DNA of 12,078 nucleotides from a virus: UHGV virus genome UHGV-0150633; one strand, 5' to 3'. Shown piece by piece: positions 1 to 8,637 of this stretch (position 1 is its first letter; each line of letters starts with the position of its first letter). The notes under the pieces were generated by a model. It saw only the letters and a program-made list of their open reading frames with translations, ran no database searches and was not told where the DNA came from. The position numbers and the translations under genes were made by a program.

Positions 1-49
1 TGACGGGTAAAAAGTGGATAAAATAATTTTACCCACCGGATTTTTACCC

Positions 50-1201
50 ATGCTCACCGTTAAGCAGATTGAAGCAGCAAAGCCGAAAGAAAAACCATAC
101 CGCCTTCTCGATGGTAATGGCCTGTATCTTTATGTCCCTGTATCAGGGAAAAAGGTATGGCAGCTTCGCTACAAGATTGACGGTAAGGAAAAAATACTGA
201 CCGTAGGAAAATATCCGCTAATGACTTTGCAGGAGGCAAGGGATAAGGCATGGACTGCGAGGAAAGACATCTCGGTTGGCATCGATCCGGTAAAGGCGAA
301 AAAGGCTTCGTCTAACAACAATTCCTTTAGCGCCATTTACAAGGAATGGTACGAGCATAAGAAGCAAGTCTGGTCAGTAGGCTATGCAAACGAACTTGCC
401 AAAATGTTTGACGACGACATTTTACCCATCATCGGCGGCCTTGAAATTCAGGATATTGAGCCGATGCAACTGCTGGAAGTAATCCGCAGATTTGAAGATC
501 GCGGTGCAATGGAGCGAGCCAACAAAGCCCGCAGAAGATGCGGCGAGGTTTTTCGTTACGCTATTGTCACTGGTAGGGCTAAATATAACCCGGCACCTGA
601 CCTTGCTGACGCCATGAAGGGATACCGCAAGAAGAACTTCCCGTTTTTACCTGCCGACCAGATCCCGGCATTCAACAAAGCACTTGCAACATTTTCAGGA
701 AGTATCGTATCGCTCATTGCGACCAAAGTTTTACGCTACACAGCCCTAAGAACAAAAGAGCTTCGTTCCATGCTATGGAAGAACGTCGATTTTGAAAACA
801 GGATTATCACCATCGACGCCAGTGTGATGAAGGGACGAAAAATTCATGTGGTCCCGATGTCAGACCAGGTGGTTGAACTTCTCACTACGCTAAGCTCAAT
901 CACCAAACCAGTCTCAGAGTTTGTTTTTGCCGGGCGCAACGATAAGAAGAAGCCAATCTGCGAGAACGCGGTATTGCTTGTGATCAAACAAATTGGCTAT
1001 GAAGGGCTGGAAAGCGGTCACGGATTCAGGCATGAATTCAGCACGATTATGAACGAGCACGAATGGCCTGCTGATGCTATTGAAGTGCAACTGGCACATG
1101 CCAACGGCGGATCTGTGCGCGGTATTTACAACCATGCGCAGTATCTCGATAAGCGCAGGGAGATGATGCAGTGGTGGGCTGACTGGCTTGATGACAAATG
1201 A
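50..1201 (+). CDS. int: Site-specific tyrosine integrase (phage integrase with arm-type N-terminal DNA-binding domain)
   Basis: ORF 14-1201 in the track. N-terminus MLTVKQIEAAKPKEKPYRLLDGNGLYLYV...WQLRYKIDGKEK is the characteristic arm-binding domain of P4-type phage integrases, and the C-terminal half has tyrosine-recombinase-like blocks (HGFRHEF, IYNHAQY). ATG at 50 chosen over the GTG at 14 because family N-termini start a few residues before the KPKEKPY block; the start is uncertain by 12 codons. Confidence 0.9.
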   Translation: MLTVKQIEAAKPKEKPYRLLDGNGLYLYVPVSGKKVWQLRYKIDGKEKILTVGKYPLMTLQEARDKAWTARKDISVGIDPVKAKKASSNNNSFSAIYKEWYEHKKQVWSVGYANELAKMFDDDILPIIGGLEIQDIEPMQLLEVIRRFEDRGAMERANKARRRCGEVFRYAIVTGRAKYNPAPDLADAMKGYRKKNFPFLPADQIPAFNKALATFSGSIVSLIATKVLRYTALRTKELRSMLWKNVDFENRIITIDASVMKGRKIHVVPMSDQVVELLTTLSSITKPVSEFVFAGRNDKKKPICENAVLLVIKQIGYEGLESGHGFRHEFSTIMNEHEWPADAIEVQLAHANGGSVRGIYNHAQYLDKRREMMQWWADWLDDK

Positions 1202-1616
1202 AATAGCTAACACTTAAATGATAACTAATGGAACAGAACATTGTAATCTAATGATTATGTATACTGCATCCATCTTTTCCCGCCATGACAAGTTTTTGTT
1301 TATGGTATAAATTCTCTGCACAGAGTCCTCTTATGTCAAAATCACTCTTAACACATTTGAGATAGACGTGCTAACTATCAATGACTCTATTGAGTTGATT
1401 TCGTTAGCAAACGAATATTTTCAAGCTGGTTTTAACTTTGCATAAGAAACTTTCTTATGTGACAATGTTGATTTGTCAAGGAAATAAAATGATATTAACA
1501 TGAATGGCATAAATACAAAGTATGATGCAAATTGTAAGTTAGCCACATGCATTCGTGATTGCTGTATTAATAATTTCGTATGTTTATGTTTTTTTTAAAA
1601 CTATTCGGAAATAAAA
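1202..1616. promoter_or_regulatory. AT-rich intergenic region between int and the membrane-protein gene: candidate promoter and possible attP location
   Basis: 415 bp without a convincing ORF. Possible sigma70-like promoter TTGATT (1468-1473), 17-bp spacer, GATATT (1491-1496); such matches are common by chance in AT-rich DNA. Near-direct repeat TCTTATGTCAAAAT (1329-1342) and TCTTATGTGACAAT (1453-1466), and inverted repeat CATAAG/CTTATG (1441-1446 / 1454-1459). In P22-type genomes attP sits between int and the seroconversion genes; no tRNA-3'-end-like core was recognised by eye. Confidence 0.3.
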
Positions 1617-2942
1617 ATGAGCGATAGTGAATTTTTCAGTTTTATATTCACACACTGGATTGGTTACATGCTATTAACCTTTCTTTGCGCGTTCTTATGC
1701 TACAAAGCAATAAGAAAAACAACCTATGGAATAATAGATCCAGCGCACTACTTTTTTGCCTTCGGTTCTGGAACTGCATATTCAGTTGTCATAATTCTAT
1801 ATCTTTACGGGTACATAGACGATTACCTAGCCATAATGGTACTACTTAACTTTATTATCCTTGTTATAACATGGAGATTTTCATTTAGTCTAAACATAAA
1901 GCCAATAGCTGGTCTTAGAAACGCTCTTTTCAGAGAGGTAGACAGCAACTATAAATTTTCATTTAAGATTATTTTTGTTATGTATGTTGTATTAACAGCG
2001 TACTATTTATTAAATGTTTCATTCTCTTCGTTTGGTGAATCAAGGTTTGAGGCAAATAAAGGTCTTGGAGTAATTGTAAGAATACTAGATGTTGTGCGAT
2101 TGTTATTGTCAGCTATGCTGGCTATAAATATATACAAAACAAAAAATAAGTTAAATAGAGCAATTATTATATTTTTTGCAATTTTAGTGGCTGTTATTGC
2201 GTCTTTTGTGTCAGGTGCTAAGTTCTCTCTTCTTGAACACGCGCTAGTATCAATAGCGGCAATATATATATATTCAGGTGTGTCTCCAAGAATAAATTTA
2301 AAGTTCTTGGCAATCAGTCTCGTATCTTTTTCAGCCATGATTGCATATGTTCTTTATATTTTGACGTTTACATCTGAATCTATAGGTTATACCAGTTCTC
2401 AGTATACAGACTTGCCTGTTATATTTGAGCTATTCCTTATGAGAATAATTGCAAATGGAGATGCTTACTATTTTTCTCTGCCTTACGACACTATCAATAG
2501 AATAGTTGTTGAAAACCCTTTTATTCAGCTATTTGGATATATAGGTGGAAATGGATTTGTAAAAACCGTGTTCTCATATAACTATTTTGATAATGATGTA
2601 GGTAGATTGATATGGAAACAATGGTACCCATGGGATGATATTGCAAGAGGTCCAACAAGTCACTTTGATCTTGCAGGATATGTGTTTTTTGGATTTATTG
2701 GAAGCTTAATTATGACGTCTATTATAGGTTTTATAATAGGAAGGATTTCAAAAGCAAAGTATAAAAACTCAGGTTGCATGCTTCCATTTACATCTTCGTT
2801 TTTGGCTGTTTTTTATATTAGATCTTTGCAGCTACTGTTATCGCCTCCTGTTGGCATTGCTTATGTTGTTGATATGTCTGTATTTTTAGTGGCATTCTCT
2901 TTTGTGTTGCTATGCCTTAGATTTGCGAGAACTCAAAGATAA
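1617..2942 (+). CDS. Polytopic inner-membrane protein, candidate O-antigen polymerase (Wzy-like) or O-antigen modification (seroconversion) gene
   Basis: 441-aa ORF, hydrophobic throughout with roughly ten or more predicted membrane-spanning stretches and Lys/Arg-rich short loops. Markedly AT-rich codon usage compared with flanking genes. Lies between int and the tailspike, where P22 carries gtrABC and Sf6 carries oac. Lacks the N-terminal R...H motif I associate with acyltransferase-3 O-acetylases, so Wzy-like or GtrC-like is favoured; exact function not determinable without a search. Confidence 0.6.
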   Translation: MSDSEFFSFIFTHWIGYMLLTFLCAFLCYKAIRKTTYGIIDPAHYFFAFGSGTAYSVVIILYLYGYIDDYLAIMVLLNFIILVITWRFSFSLNIKPIAGLRNALFREVDSNYKFSFKIIFVMYVVLTAYYLLNVSFSSFGESRFEANKGLGVIVRILDVVRLLLSAMLAINIYKTKNKLNRAIIIFFAILVAVIASFVSGAKFSLLEHALVSIAAIYIYSGVSPRINLKFLAISLVSFSAMIAYVLYILTFTSESIGYTSSQYTDLPVIFELFLMRIIANGDAYYFSLPYDTINRIVVENPFIQLFGYIGGNGFVKTVFSYNYFDNDVGRLIWKQWYPWDDIARGPTSHFDLAGYVFFGFIGSLIMTSIIGFIIGRISKAKYKNSGCMLPFTSSFLAVFYIRSLQLLLSPPVGIAYVVDMSVFLVAFSFVLLCLRFARTQR

Positions 2943-2950
2943 CTTTTGCA

Positions 2951-2980
2951 AAAACCACCTCATTTAGAGGTGGTTTATTT
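2951..2980. terminator. Bidirectional rho-independent terminator between convergent genes
   Basis: AAAA (2951-2954), stem CCACCTC (2955-2961), loop ATTTA, stem GAGGTGG (2967-2973), then TTTATTT (2974-2980). A-tract on one side and T-tract on the other, placed between the stop of the + strand membrane-protein gene (2942) and the stop of the - strand tailspike gene (2999). Confidence 0.6.
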
Positions 2981-2998
2981 AAAACACACACCACTAGT

Positions 2999-5038
2999 TT
3001 ATAACTGATACATCACTTTACCAGCCGGTCCTTTAATGCATTTGAATATCGCGTTTGTGCTTGGCACCGCGGCCCAATCAGTAGCTCCATTAGTTTCGAC
3101 AGAACCGGCTACGTACTTAACACCAGAATGATCACCACTAGACACCCGTACAATCAGGTCTCTGCCTAGTGGAGCACCATAAATGTTAGTAATAGCTACC
3201 GAAGAGCCGATTATATTATAATGAGTTGATGGATGAACTTTTGTTAAATCTACAATAGTGCTTTCTGTTAAGGTAATGAATCTTGCATCTCCACCGTCGT
3301 AACCATCAACCTTCGTTGGTGAATCCAGAAAAATATACACACGGTCATCGTCAGGGTATGAATTACCGTTAGCCTTCCCCTCTCCAAATAATAGCGCGCC
3401 TTCATTTCGTTTCCCACCGGAGTCAGACTCATAGAAACCAAAGGTACAGTTTGAAACACCGCCTTTGCCGACATAGATACCGTACAATTTTGTTAGGTCC
3501 TCGGCGGCTGAAATCCCTATCTCGCAATTACTTACATGTCCGTCGGTGATATGTACACATTCGCGGCTGGGAGACATTCGTATAAATTTACACCCCAATA
3601 CACTAACAGCTGTGCAATCCAGATACATAGCATCTACACTACCTTCTGGTGCCAGGAATATATCCCCAGAGAAGCTAATGCTGTTACCTCCAGAACCCGT
3701 CATAAAATACGGAACCTGGTTTCTTGGTACATCTAGTTTCGACGACAGGTAACCTACATCGGTCGGTATGAATGTATTTTCTGAAAATTGAATTCTATAG
3801 CTTGCACCAAGGTCAATGGGTGCGCTTCGGTAAAAAAATCTATCATCCAGTGAGCCGTTTACTGTACGGGCTACTTCGAAATGGCAATGATGGAACGCTA
3901 TGTTCCACGCATTAGTCATTTTAATAAAGTAAGGAGTACCCTCAAAATGACAGCCATTGAAATAGATATAGTTAGAGTCGTTAAGGAAGTGCACTGCAGG
4001 TTTATCTTGAGAACCGCTGAGCAAAAAAGTGCAGTTGTTCACGTATGTATCTTGAATATAGCCCACCTCCCACGCTTGATTTGGGAAGCGTTGGATATTT
4101 AAACCGGACATAATCCCTGTCCAACCTACATGGTTAGTATACAGACCCACGTCACAAGAGTCTTGCACACCCCATATTGCGAAGTCGCGCAATGTCATAC
4201 CGAATGAAAAACCTGTAGTGCTATTAATTGACAACGTTCTTCCGGGGTTTACTTTAGACAATATTACAGACCCACGAACAGGCGATTCCTCGTGACCTGT
4301 AGAGGCTATGTCACGCAAACCACCGCTGCCTTCGCCATATAAGCTAAGAGCATAATCCGCCACAATTTCTGTATTTACCACGTATTGGCCAGATGGCAGA
4401 AACACGCCTGCGTTAATAAATTTAGCAGTGTTAATCGCAGCTTGTATCGCAGCGTAATCTTGGGTTTGTGTTAATGCGGTAACAAATGGATAAACCATCT
4501 GAGCAGCACTTAATGTGCTGAACTTTTCGCTAAGAGGATGATCTAAACCATCTCCTACGGCGCCAAAATCTTTAACAGATAGTATATCGTCAAGCTTATG
4601 TTGCAATGTGCGCAATGTTGCATGCAAAGTGTTGTGTATGTATCCCATCTTGCTGGGAAAATTTCCAGAACCAACATCATCATATAATCTTGCTTCAAAC
4701 TGATCCGGATCATACTTCAGCACATTTGGGAATTTGAACTGCTGTGCACCATACGCATCATAAACAGCCATAGAATGGCCTTGCTCAGTTACGAATTTGG
4801 CAATCTGCCCGTTATATACCGGGTAACCAGCAGCATTAATGATGATTGGTTGCGATACAGGAACGTGAGAACCATCTTCGTTCTCCACATAAACCTGAAT
4901 CTGGTTTTCAGGATTTACAGGGTCAGCGTCAATTTTGCCGATATAAATCTTTCCATTAGCTACGGCTTTAAAAGAACGAGCCATAGTGAAGAGTTGCGAA
5001 GGCATACTCACTACAACATTGGGTGTAATGTCTGACAT
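2999..5038 (-). CDS. Tailspike protein: P22-family head-binding N-terminal domain plus right-handed beta-helix receptor-binding/depolymerase domain
   Basis: Track ORF 2999-5134. From the internal Met the sequence MSDITPNVVVSMPSQLFTMARSFKAVANGKIYIGKIDADPVNPENQIQVYVENEDGSHVPV...VLKYDPDQ closely matches, as I recall it, the head-binding domain of P22 gp9 and of the Sf6/HK620 tailspikes. Start therefore placed at ATG 5036-5038, which has AAGG about 11 nt upstream. Downstream is a DFGAVGDG motif (about residue 160), typical of pectate-lyase-like beta-helix glycanases, and a Gly/Asn/Ser-rich repetitive region. Confidence 0.9.
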   Translation of the reverse strand: MSDITPNVVVSMPSQLFTMARSFKAVANGKIYIGKIDADPVNPENQIQVYVENEDGSHVPVSQPIIINAAGYPVYNGQIAKFVTEQGHSMAVYDAYGAQQFKFPNVLKYDPDQFEARLYDDVGSGNFPSKMGYIHNTLHATLRTLQHKLDDILSVKDFGAVGDGLDHPLSEKFSTLSAAQMVYPFVTALTQTQDYAAIQAAINTAKFINAGVFLPSGQYVVNTEIVADYALSLYGEGSGGLRDIASTGHEESPVRGSVILSKVNPGRTLSINSTTGFSFGMTLRDFAIWGVQDSCDVGLYTNHVGWTGIMSGLNIQRFPNQAWEVGYIQDTYVNNCTFLLSGSQDKPAVHFLNDSNYIYFNGCHFEGTPYFIKMTNAWNIAFHHCHFEVARTVNGSLDDRFFYRSAPIDLGASYRIQFSENTFIPTDVGYLSSKLDVPRNQVPYFMTGSGGNSISFSGDIFLAPEGSVDAMYLDCTAVSVLGCKFIRMSPSRECVHITDGHVSNCEIGISAAEDLTKLYGIYVGKGGVSNCTFGFYESDSGGKRNEGALLFGEGKANGNSYPDDDRVYIFLDSPTKVDGYDGGDARFITLTESTIVDLTKVHPSTHYNIIGSSVAITNIYGAPLGRDLIVRVSSGDHSGVKYVAGSVETNGATDWAAVPSTNAIFKCIKGPAGKVMYQL

Positions 5039-5263
5039 TATACTTTTACCTTGCAGGTTTTGAGATGCTGCAAACTTAACTGGTAAGAGTGACGTCAGGC
5101 CAAGCAAAGACTTTAGAAGAGTTCTTCTTTTCATGATTCTTCATCAATTGTGATGGTCTAAAGGAATCATGCAAAAAAGAGTGTCTGTTATCAACCTGAC
5201 AGTCACTTAAGTTGCGCAGCATTGCGTTAAAGTTTGATATAGTTTTGGTAAACAGGAGGATTT

Positions 5264-5335
5264 ATGGACAGAGATTTATTGAACTTTGCGTTCTTAATGT
5301 TCGGACTTGTTGTAGGAAAGCTTTTATTCGCTTAA
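5264..5335 (+). CDS. Hypothetical small hydrophobic peptide (23 aa, MDRDLLNFAFLMFGLVVGKLLFA)
   Basis: ATG at 5264 preceded by AGGAGG (5254-5259) with a short 4-nt spacer; stop TAA at 5333-5335. One predicted transmembrane-like helix. Converges on and overlaps by 12 nt the 3' end of the gp16-like gene. Not in the ORF track because it is short. Could be spurious. Confidence 0.25.
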   Translation: MDRDLLNFAFLMFGLVVGKLLFA

Positions 5336-7243
5336 AGCTTCTGATTTAGCACCCTGAGCGAATGAGTTAACAACACGTTCGACATCAGATAACGCTTTCT
5401 CAAATGCGGTTGAGCCTCTCGGTGTATTAGCCAGGCGAAGCATTGCATTGCGTGCAGGTTCGCTTTCATACATTCTTGCAAGAAGTCCGTAGCCACCACC
5501 AATTGCAGCTACTTTAGGATTTACTACAGAGCCTATACCCATAATGAACGGTATAGCCTGCTGACCAGTTGGCGTTGTGACTCTGGCCTGCCCTGCTCTC
5601 TTGGTCGACTCTAGGTAGTTCTTCATCCCTTTCAGATACGCAGCATCACGCCCTTTGAACGCAATTCCCGTCTGGTTAGACATCAAATTAACCTGCCTCA
5701 GAAACTGGTCAGGGGATCCACCTGATTTCTCCATCGCCTTTCCAATGATGCCATTGCGCATTTGCGCCCTGCCAACACGACCAACTGAGTTATACAGTGT
5801 CTTAATTTCAGATTTGTTCTTGCTGAATAGCATGTTATTGACAACTTCCGGCGTCAGATCGCCTTTCATGAGAACATTCTTCAGCCTGGTATTCTTGAGT
5901 TTCGCCGCTTCGTCAGCGTAGACGGCATTGGCCTGCTGATATTTACGGAGAGTATCGTTGCCAAGATTCTGACCAATGGCACCATTGATATCGTCGGTCA
6001 TCGCCTTGTAAACGCGCTGAATGGCGGCATCGGAACGGTTTGGTAACACTGGTCGCTCACCCTTCACGTCCATTCTGAACTGGCTGCGCAGATCGCTTAA
6101 TTGCTTCAAGTCCAGATTTACCGGACCATCAGGGCCAGCATTGCGAACAAGCTCATCACGATAGGACTGAAGTTTTGAAATAGTCTCGTTATCGGCGACC
6201 TTACCAAGCTTCTGCAGGTTAGATATTTCTGTATCAATCTGCTGAATTGCTCGCGCAGGCTGGATATTGACTCCCGCCATTGCATTCTGAACCTGCTCAA
6301 GACGGTTCCCGGCGGCACGACGAATTCCTGATGTTTTCGCTTTAAGGCTGTCAATAACAACTGCTGGATCATACTCACCGAATTTATCAGCAAATCTCTG
6401 CACCAACTGGCTTCTCGCTTCCTGTTGCGTTGCTCTCATTCCGCTTGTGCCAGCCAGGGGGATATTTTCCGCTGTCGTCTGCGCCATTTTTCCGACGCGG
6501 GAAGTAGGCTGTAACAGGTCTGTGGTGTGCAGAGGCACTCCTTCACGCTCTGCAAATCTGATAGCTTGCTGCGCTTCTGGTGCAATAGCACCACGAACGC
6601 CACGATAAGCAGCGCCTAATCCACGTCCGGCAGCGTTAATAGCGCCGCCAGCCAGAACGCCAACGCCTAAATCGGTAGCGAGTGCTTCCGCATCATCTTT
6701 CGCACTATTTGCAGCAAGTGACCCGACTGCGTTTTCAGCGAGAAGGCGAGTTGCACCCTGAGCAATTCTACCAGCGAGTGTTGGTGCCTGTGTTGCCGCT
6801 CTCTCAATGCCAGCAGGAGTGAGGTAAGGCAATGCCTCAGCAAATACCCTTCCCTCTGTAGTTTGTGGAGTCAGCGCGCCTTGCTGAAGGCCAAAGTCCT
6901 GCTCTAATCCCTGAGTTGTTACTCGTGGCGCTGGTTGATATGTTCCATCGCCAATACCGAGTTTACCGCCAGCCCATGCCGCCGCGCTTGTTACAGCATC
7001 GGCAACTGATGCTGGTATATTTGCCACATTTACACCAGCCTGCACCAGTCCGCGACCAGTTTCTTTTACTGCTTCGCCGAGGTCAGACATAAATCCATCT
7101 TGCTGTTCTACAGGCTGCTTTTGGTTTTGAGTTGGTTGATTACTGGAGGACAGAATCTGAGCGATGCGACGTGCTCCCTCAGTATCACCAGCAGCATCCG
7201 CATTCCTTAACGCCGTCATCAATTGTTCACGACTATAAGCCAT
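5324..7243 (-). CDS. DNA ejection / injection protein, P22 gp16-like
   Basis: 639-aa ORF immediately upstream of the tailspike and downstream of the gp20-like gene, matching the P22 order 7-20-16-9. Ala/Gly/Gln-rich composition typical of ejection proteins. ATG at 7241-7243 with GGAGG 7 nt upstream; its start overlaps the stop of the upstream gene (TAATG). Confidence 0.8.
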   Translation of the reverse strand: MAYSREQLMTALRNADAAGDTEGARRIAQILSSSNQPTQNQKQPVEQQDGFMSDLGEAVKETGRGLVQAGVNVANIPASVADAVTSAAAWAGGKLGIGDGTYQPAPRVTTQGLEQDFGLQQGALTPQTTEGRVFAEALPYLTPAGIERAATQAPTLAGRIAQGATRLLAENAVGSLAANSAKDDAEALATDLGVGVLAGGAINAAGRGLGAAYRGVRGAIAPEAQQAIRFAEREGVPLHTTDLLQPTSRVGKMAQTTAENIPLAGTSGMRATQQEARSQLVQRFADKFGEYDPAVVIDSLKAKTSGIRRAAGNRLEQVQNAMAGVNIQPARAIQQIDTEISNLQKLGKVADNETISKLQSYRDELVRNAGPDGPVNLDLKQLSDLRSQFRMDVKGERPVLPNRSDAAIQRVYKAMTDDINGAIGQNLGNDTLRKYQQANAVYADEAAKLKNTRLKNVLMKGDLTPEVVNNMLFSKNKSEIKTLYNSVGRVGRAQMRNGIIGKAMEKSGGSPDQFLRQVNLMSNQTGIAFKGRDAAYLKGMKNYLESTKRAGQARVTTPTGQQAIPFIMGIGSVVNPKVAAIGGGYGLLARMYESEPARNAMLRLANTPRGSTAFEKALSDVERVVNSFAQGAKSEALSE

Positions 7244-8625
7244 TACTGCCCTCCGAGATATTTGCTAATTAATTCGTCATCGGACAATTGCTGTTGAGGT
7301 TGGTTATCGCCATAACTTGAGGAAAGAAAACGTTTTGCCGCAGAGTTCAATGATTCACCCTTCTTAACATCCATCCCCATGATGTTTCGGTTGCGATCAG
7401 ATTGTCCTGGGCTGCCATTTGCACTCATCCACTCTGACCTAAACTCGTTGAACTTCGCGTTATTACTTTCCATTTTTGCCATACCCCTTAACCATCGAGC
7501 CATGACCATTGGATTATCCGTTTCGCTTGGAATGCCTTTCCTTGCAAACTCAATATCCTTATCTGATGCAGGGCCGGGAGGGAGAAGCTTGGTTGCCTGC
7601 GCATTGGCTAGTTGGTTGAATCTAATCCGCATATCTCGGAGGTAGTTATCTTGCCCCGTAAGCTTAGTGAACATATTTTCAGCGTTACCGAACAAACCAG
7701 GAGTTGGCTTCTCCTTCTCCAGCGTGTCAGCAAGCGTTGTCATTGAATCGGCAGCATTACGACTAGCTGCCGCATCACCTGCTGATTTTTCTATAGCCTT
7801 TTCCATGTTCACGGATAGTTTTGGCGCAGCATTAATAAGTTCATCGGCCTTCTTTTGTGCCTGTTGTACTTCAAAACCGAATTTCTGCTTATCAAGTGCC
7901 AGTCTTTCTGCTGCAAGTCCGTGTCCAGTCATTGCTGACTGATAGGAAAGGTTTTGCCCTCTCGCCTGAAGTGCCTCGCCAGCCTGATTGCTGCGGATTG
8001 TCTCTGCCAGCCTGCCTCGGTCAATCTCACGACCAGCCATCTTGTCCTGAACATTGAAATAATCATTAGGACCAAGCGCTGACATTCCAAGGTGATCAAC
8101 AAACTCACCAAATCCTGAAGGATTCTGCTGATACATCTGAGCAACGTTATTAGGGTCAACACCGACGCGAGTCAGTTCCTTGGCGTTGTTTTGCAGCCAT
8201 GATTGCATTGCTTCTGGAGACGAGGCCGCAAGGCGTGCGCCAGCCGCTAAGGTGCCGATAGAATTGCGCTGGTCTTCGTCTGCCCACTTCATACCAGACT
8301 GAATCTTCTCTAATTGACCAGGATATTTGGTCATCAGATCTCGAACCTGCTGTCGATCACCTGATTGAATAGCAGAAGCATAATCCTTTCTGAATGCTGC
8401 CTCTTGCTTCTGCTGATCATATTGCTGCAATCCTTGCATTGTGCTTGTTATTCCCTGCAGAGCCTGCAGACCGATATTGTTGCGACCAAGCCTGGCATCC
8501 TCATTATTCTGACGAATGTAAGCCAGTGTCTCATTTACATCACTCGCCTTTGGCGCATTCTCATTTTGCGCACCAATTCCAGCCAGAAAACCACCGGAGT
8601 TGATGCTCTGTTGCCAAGTTGCCAC
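7243..8625 (-). CDS. DNA ejection / injection protein, P22 gp20-like
   Basis: 460-aa ORF; GTG start at 8625 preceded by GGAGGTG at good spacing. Position between the gp7-like and gp16-like genes matches P22-family synteny; Gln/Ala-rich, coiled-coil-prone sequence. Confidence 0.8.
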   Translation of the reverse strand: MATWQQSINSGGFLAGIGAQNENAPKASDVNETLAYIRQNNEDARLGRNNIGLQALQGITSTMQGLQQYDQQKQEAAFRKDYASAIQSGDRQQVRDLMTKYPGQLEKIQSGMKWADEDQRNSIGTLAAGARLAASSPEAMQSWLQNNAKELTRVGVDPNNVAQMYQQNPSGFGEFVDHLGMSALGPNDYFNVQDKMAGREIDRGRLAETIRSNQAGEALQARGQNLSYQSAMTGHGLAAERLALDKQKFGFEVQQAQKKADELINAAPKLSVNMEKAIEKSAGDAAASRNAADSMTTLADTLEKEKPTPGLFGNAENMFTKLTGQDNYLRDMRIRFNQLANAQATKLLPPGPASDKDIEFARKGIPSETDNPMVMARWLRGMAKMESNNAKFNEFRSEWMSANGSPGQSDRNRNIMGMDVKKGESLNSAAKRFLSSSYGDNQPQQQLSDDELISKYLGGQ

Positions 8626-8637
8626 TGTTCACCTCCA

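Noticed and set aside
14-49. Upstream GTG start for the integrase giving MDKIILPTGFLP- before MLTVKQ
   Set aside because: Family N-termini begin a few residues before the KPKEKPY block, so ATG at 50 fits better. Retained as an alternative start only.
60-1213. Minus-strand ORFs 60-251 and 914-1213 inside the integrase gene
   Set aside because: They lie antisense to a well-supported integrase CDS and have no RBS or family resemblance.
2003-2338. Minus-strand 111-aa ORF inside the membrane-protein gene
   Set aside because: Antisense frame in an AT-rich gene; the plus-strand frame is continuous and membrane-protein-like.
3268-5035. Several 60-90 aa ORFs on both strands within the tailspike coding region (3268-3474, 3536-3752, 3881-4102, 4775-5035)
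   Set aside because: Nested in or antisense to the continuous tailspike frame; low-complexity translations without RBS.
5039-5134. In-frame 32-codon extension upstream of the tailspike (MKRRTLLKSLLGLTSLLPVKFAASQ...) that looks strikingly like a Sec/Tat signal peptide
   Set aside because: The conserved P22-type head-binding sequence begins exactly at the internal Met (5038), which has an AAGG SD. The extension has no SD and starts with rare codons (AGA AGA, CTA). Tailspikes assemble onto capsids in the cytoplasm and are not secreted. Most likely a chance open frame in an AT-rich leader.
5318-5340. Possible terminator hairpin formed by two AAGCTT palindromes after the gp16-like stop
   Set aside because: Only a 6-bp AT-rich stem with an 11-nt loop and no flanking U-tract; not a convincing intrinsic terminator.
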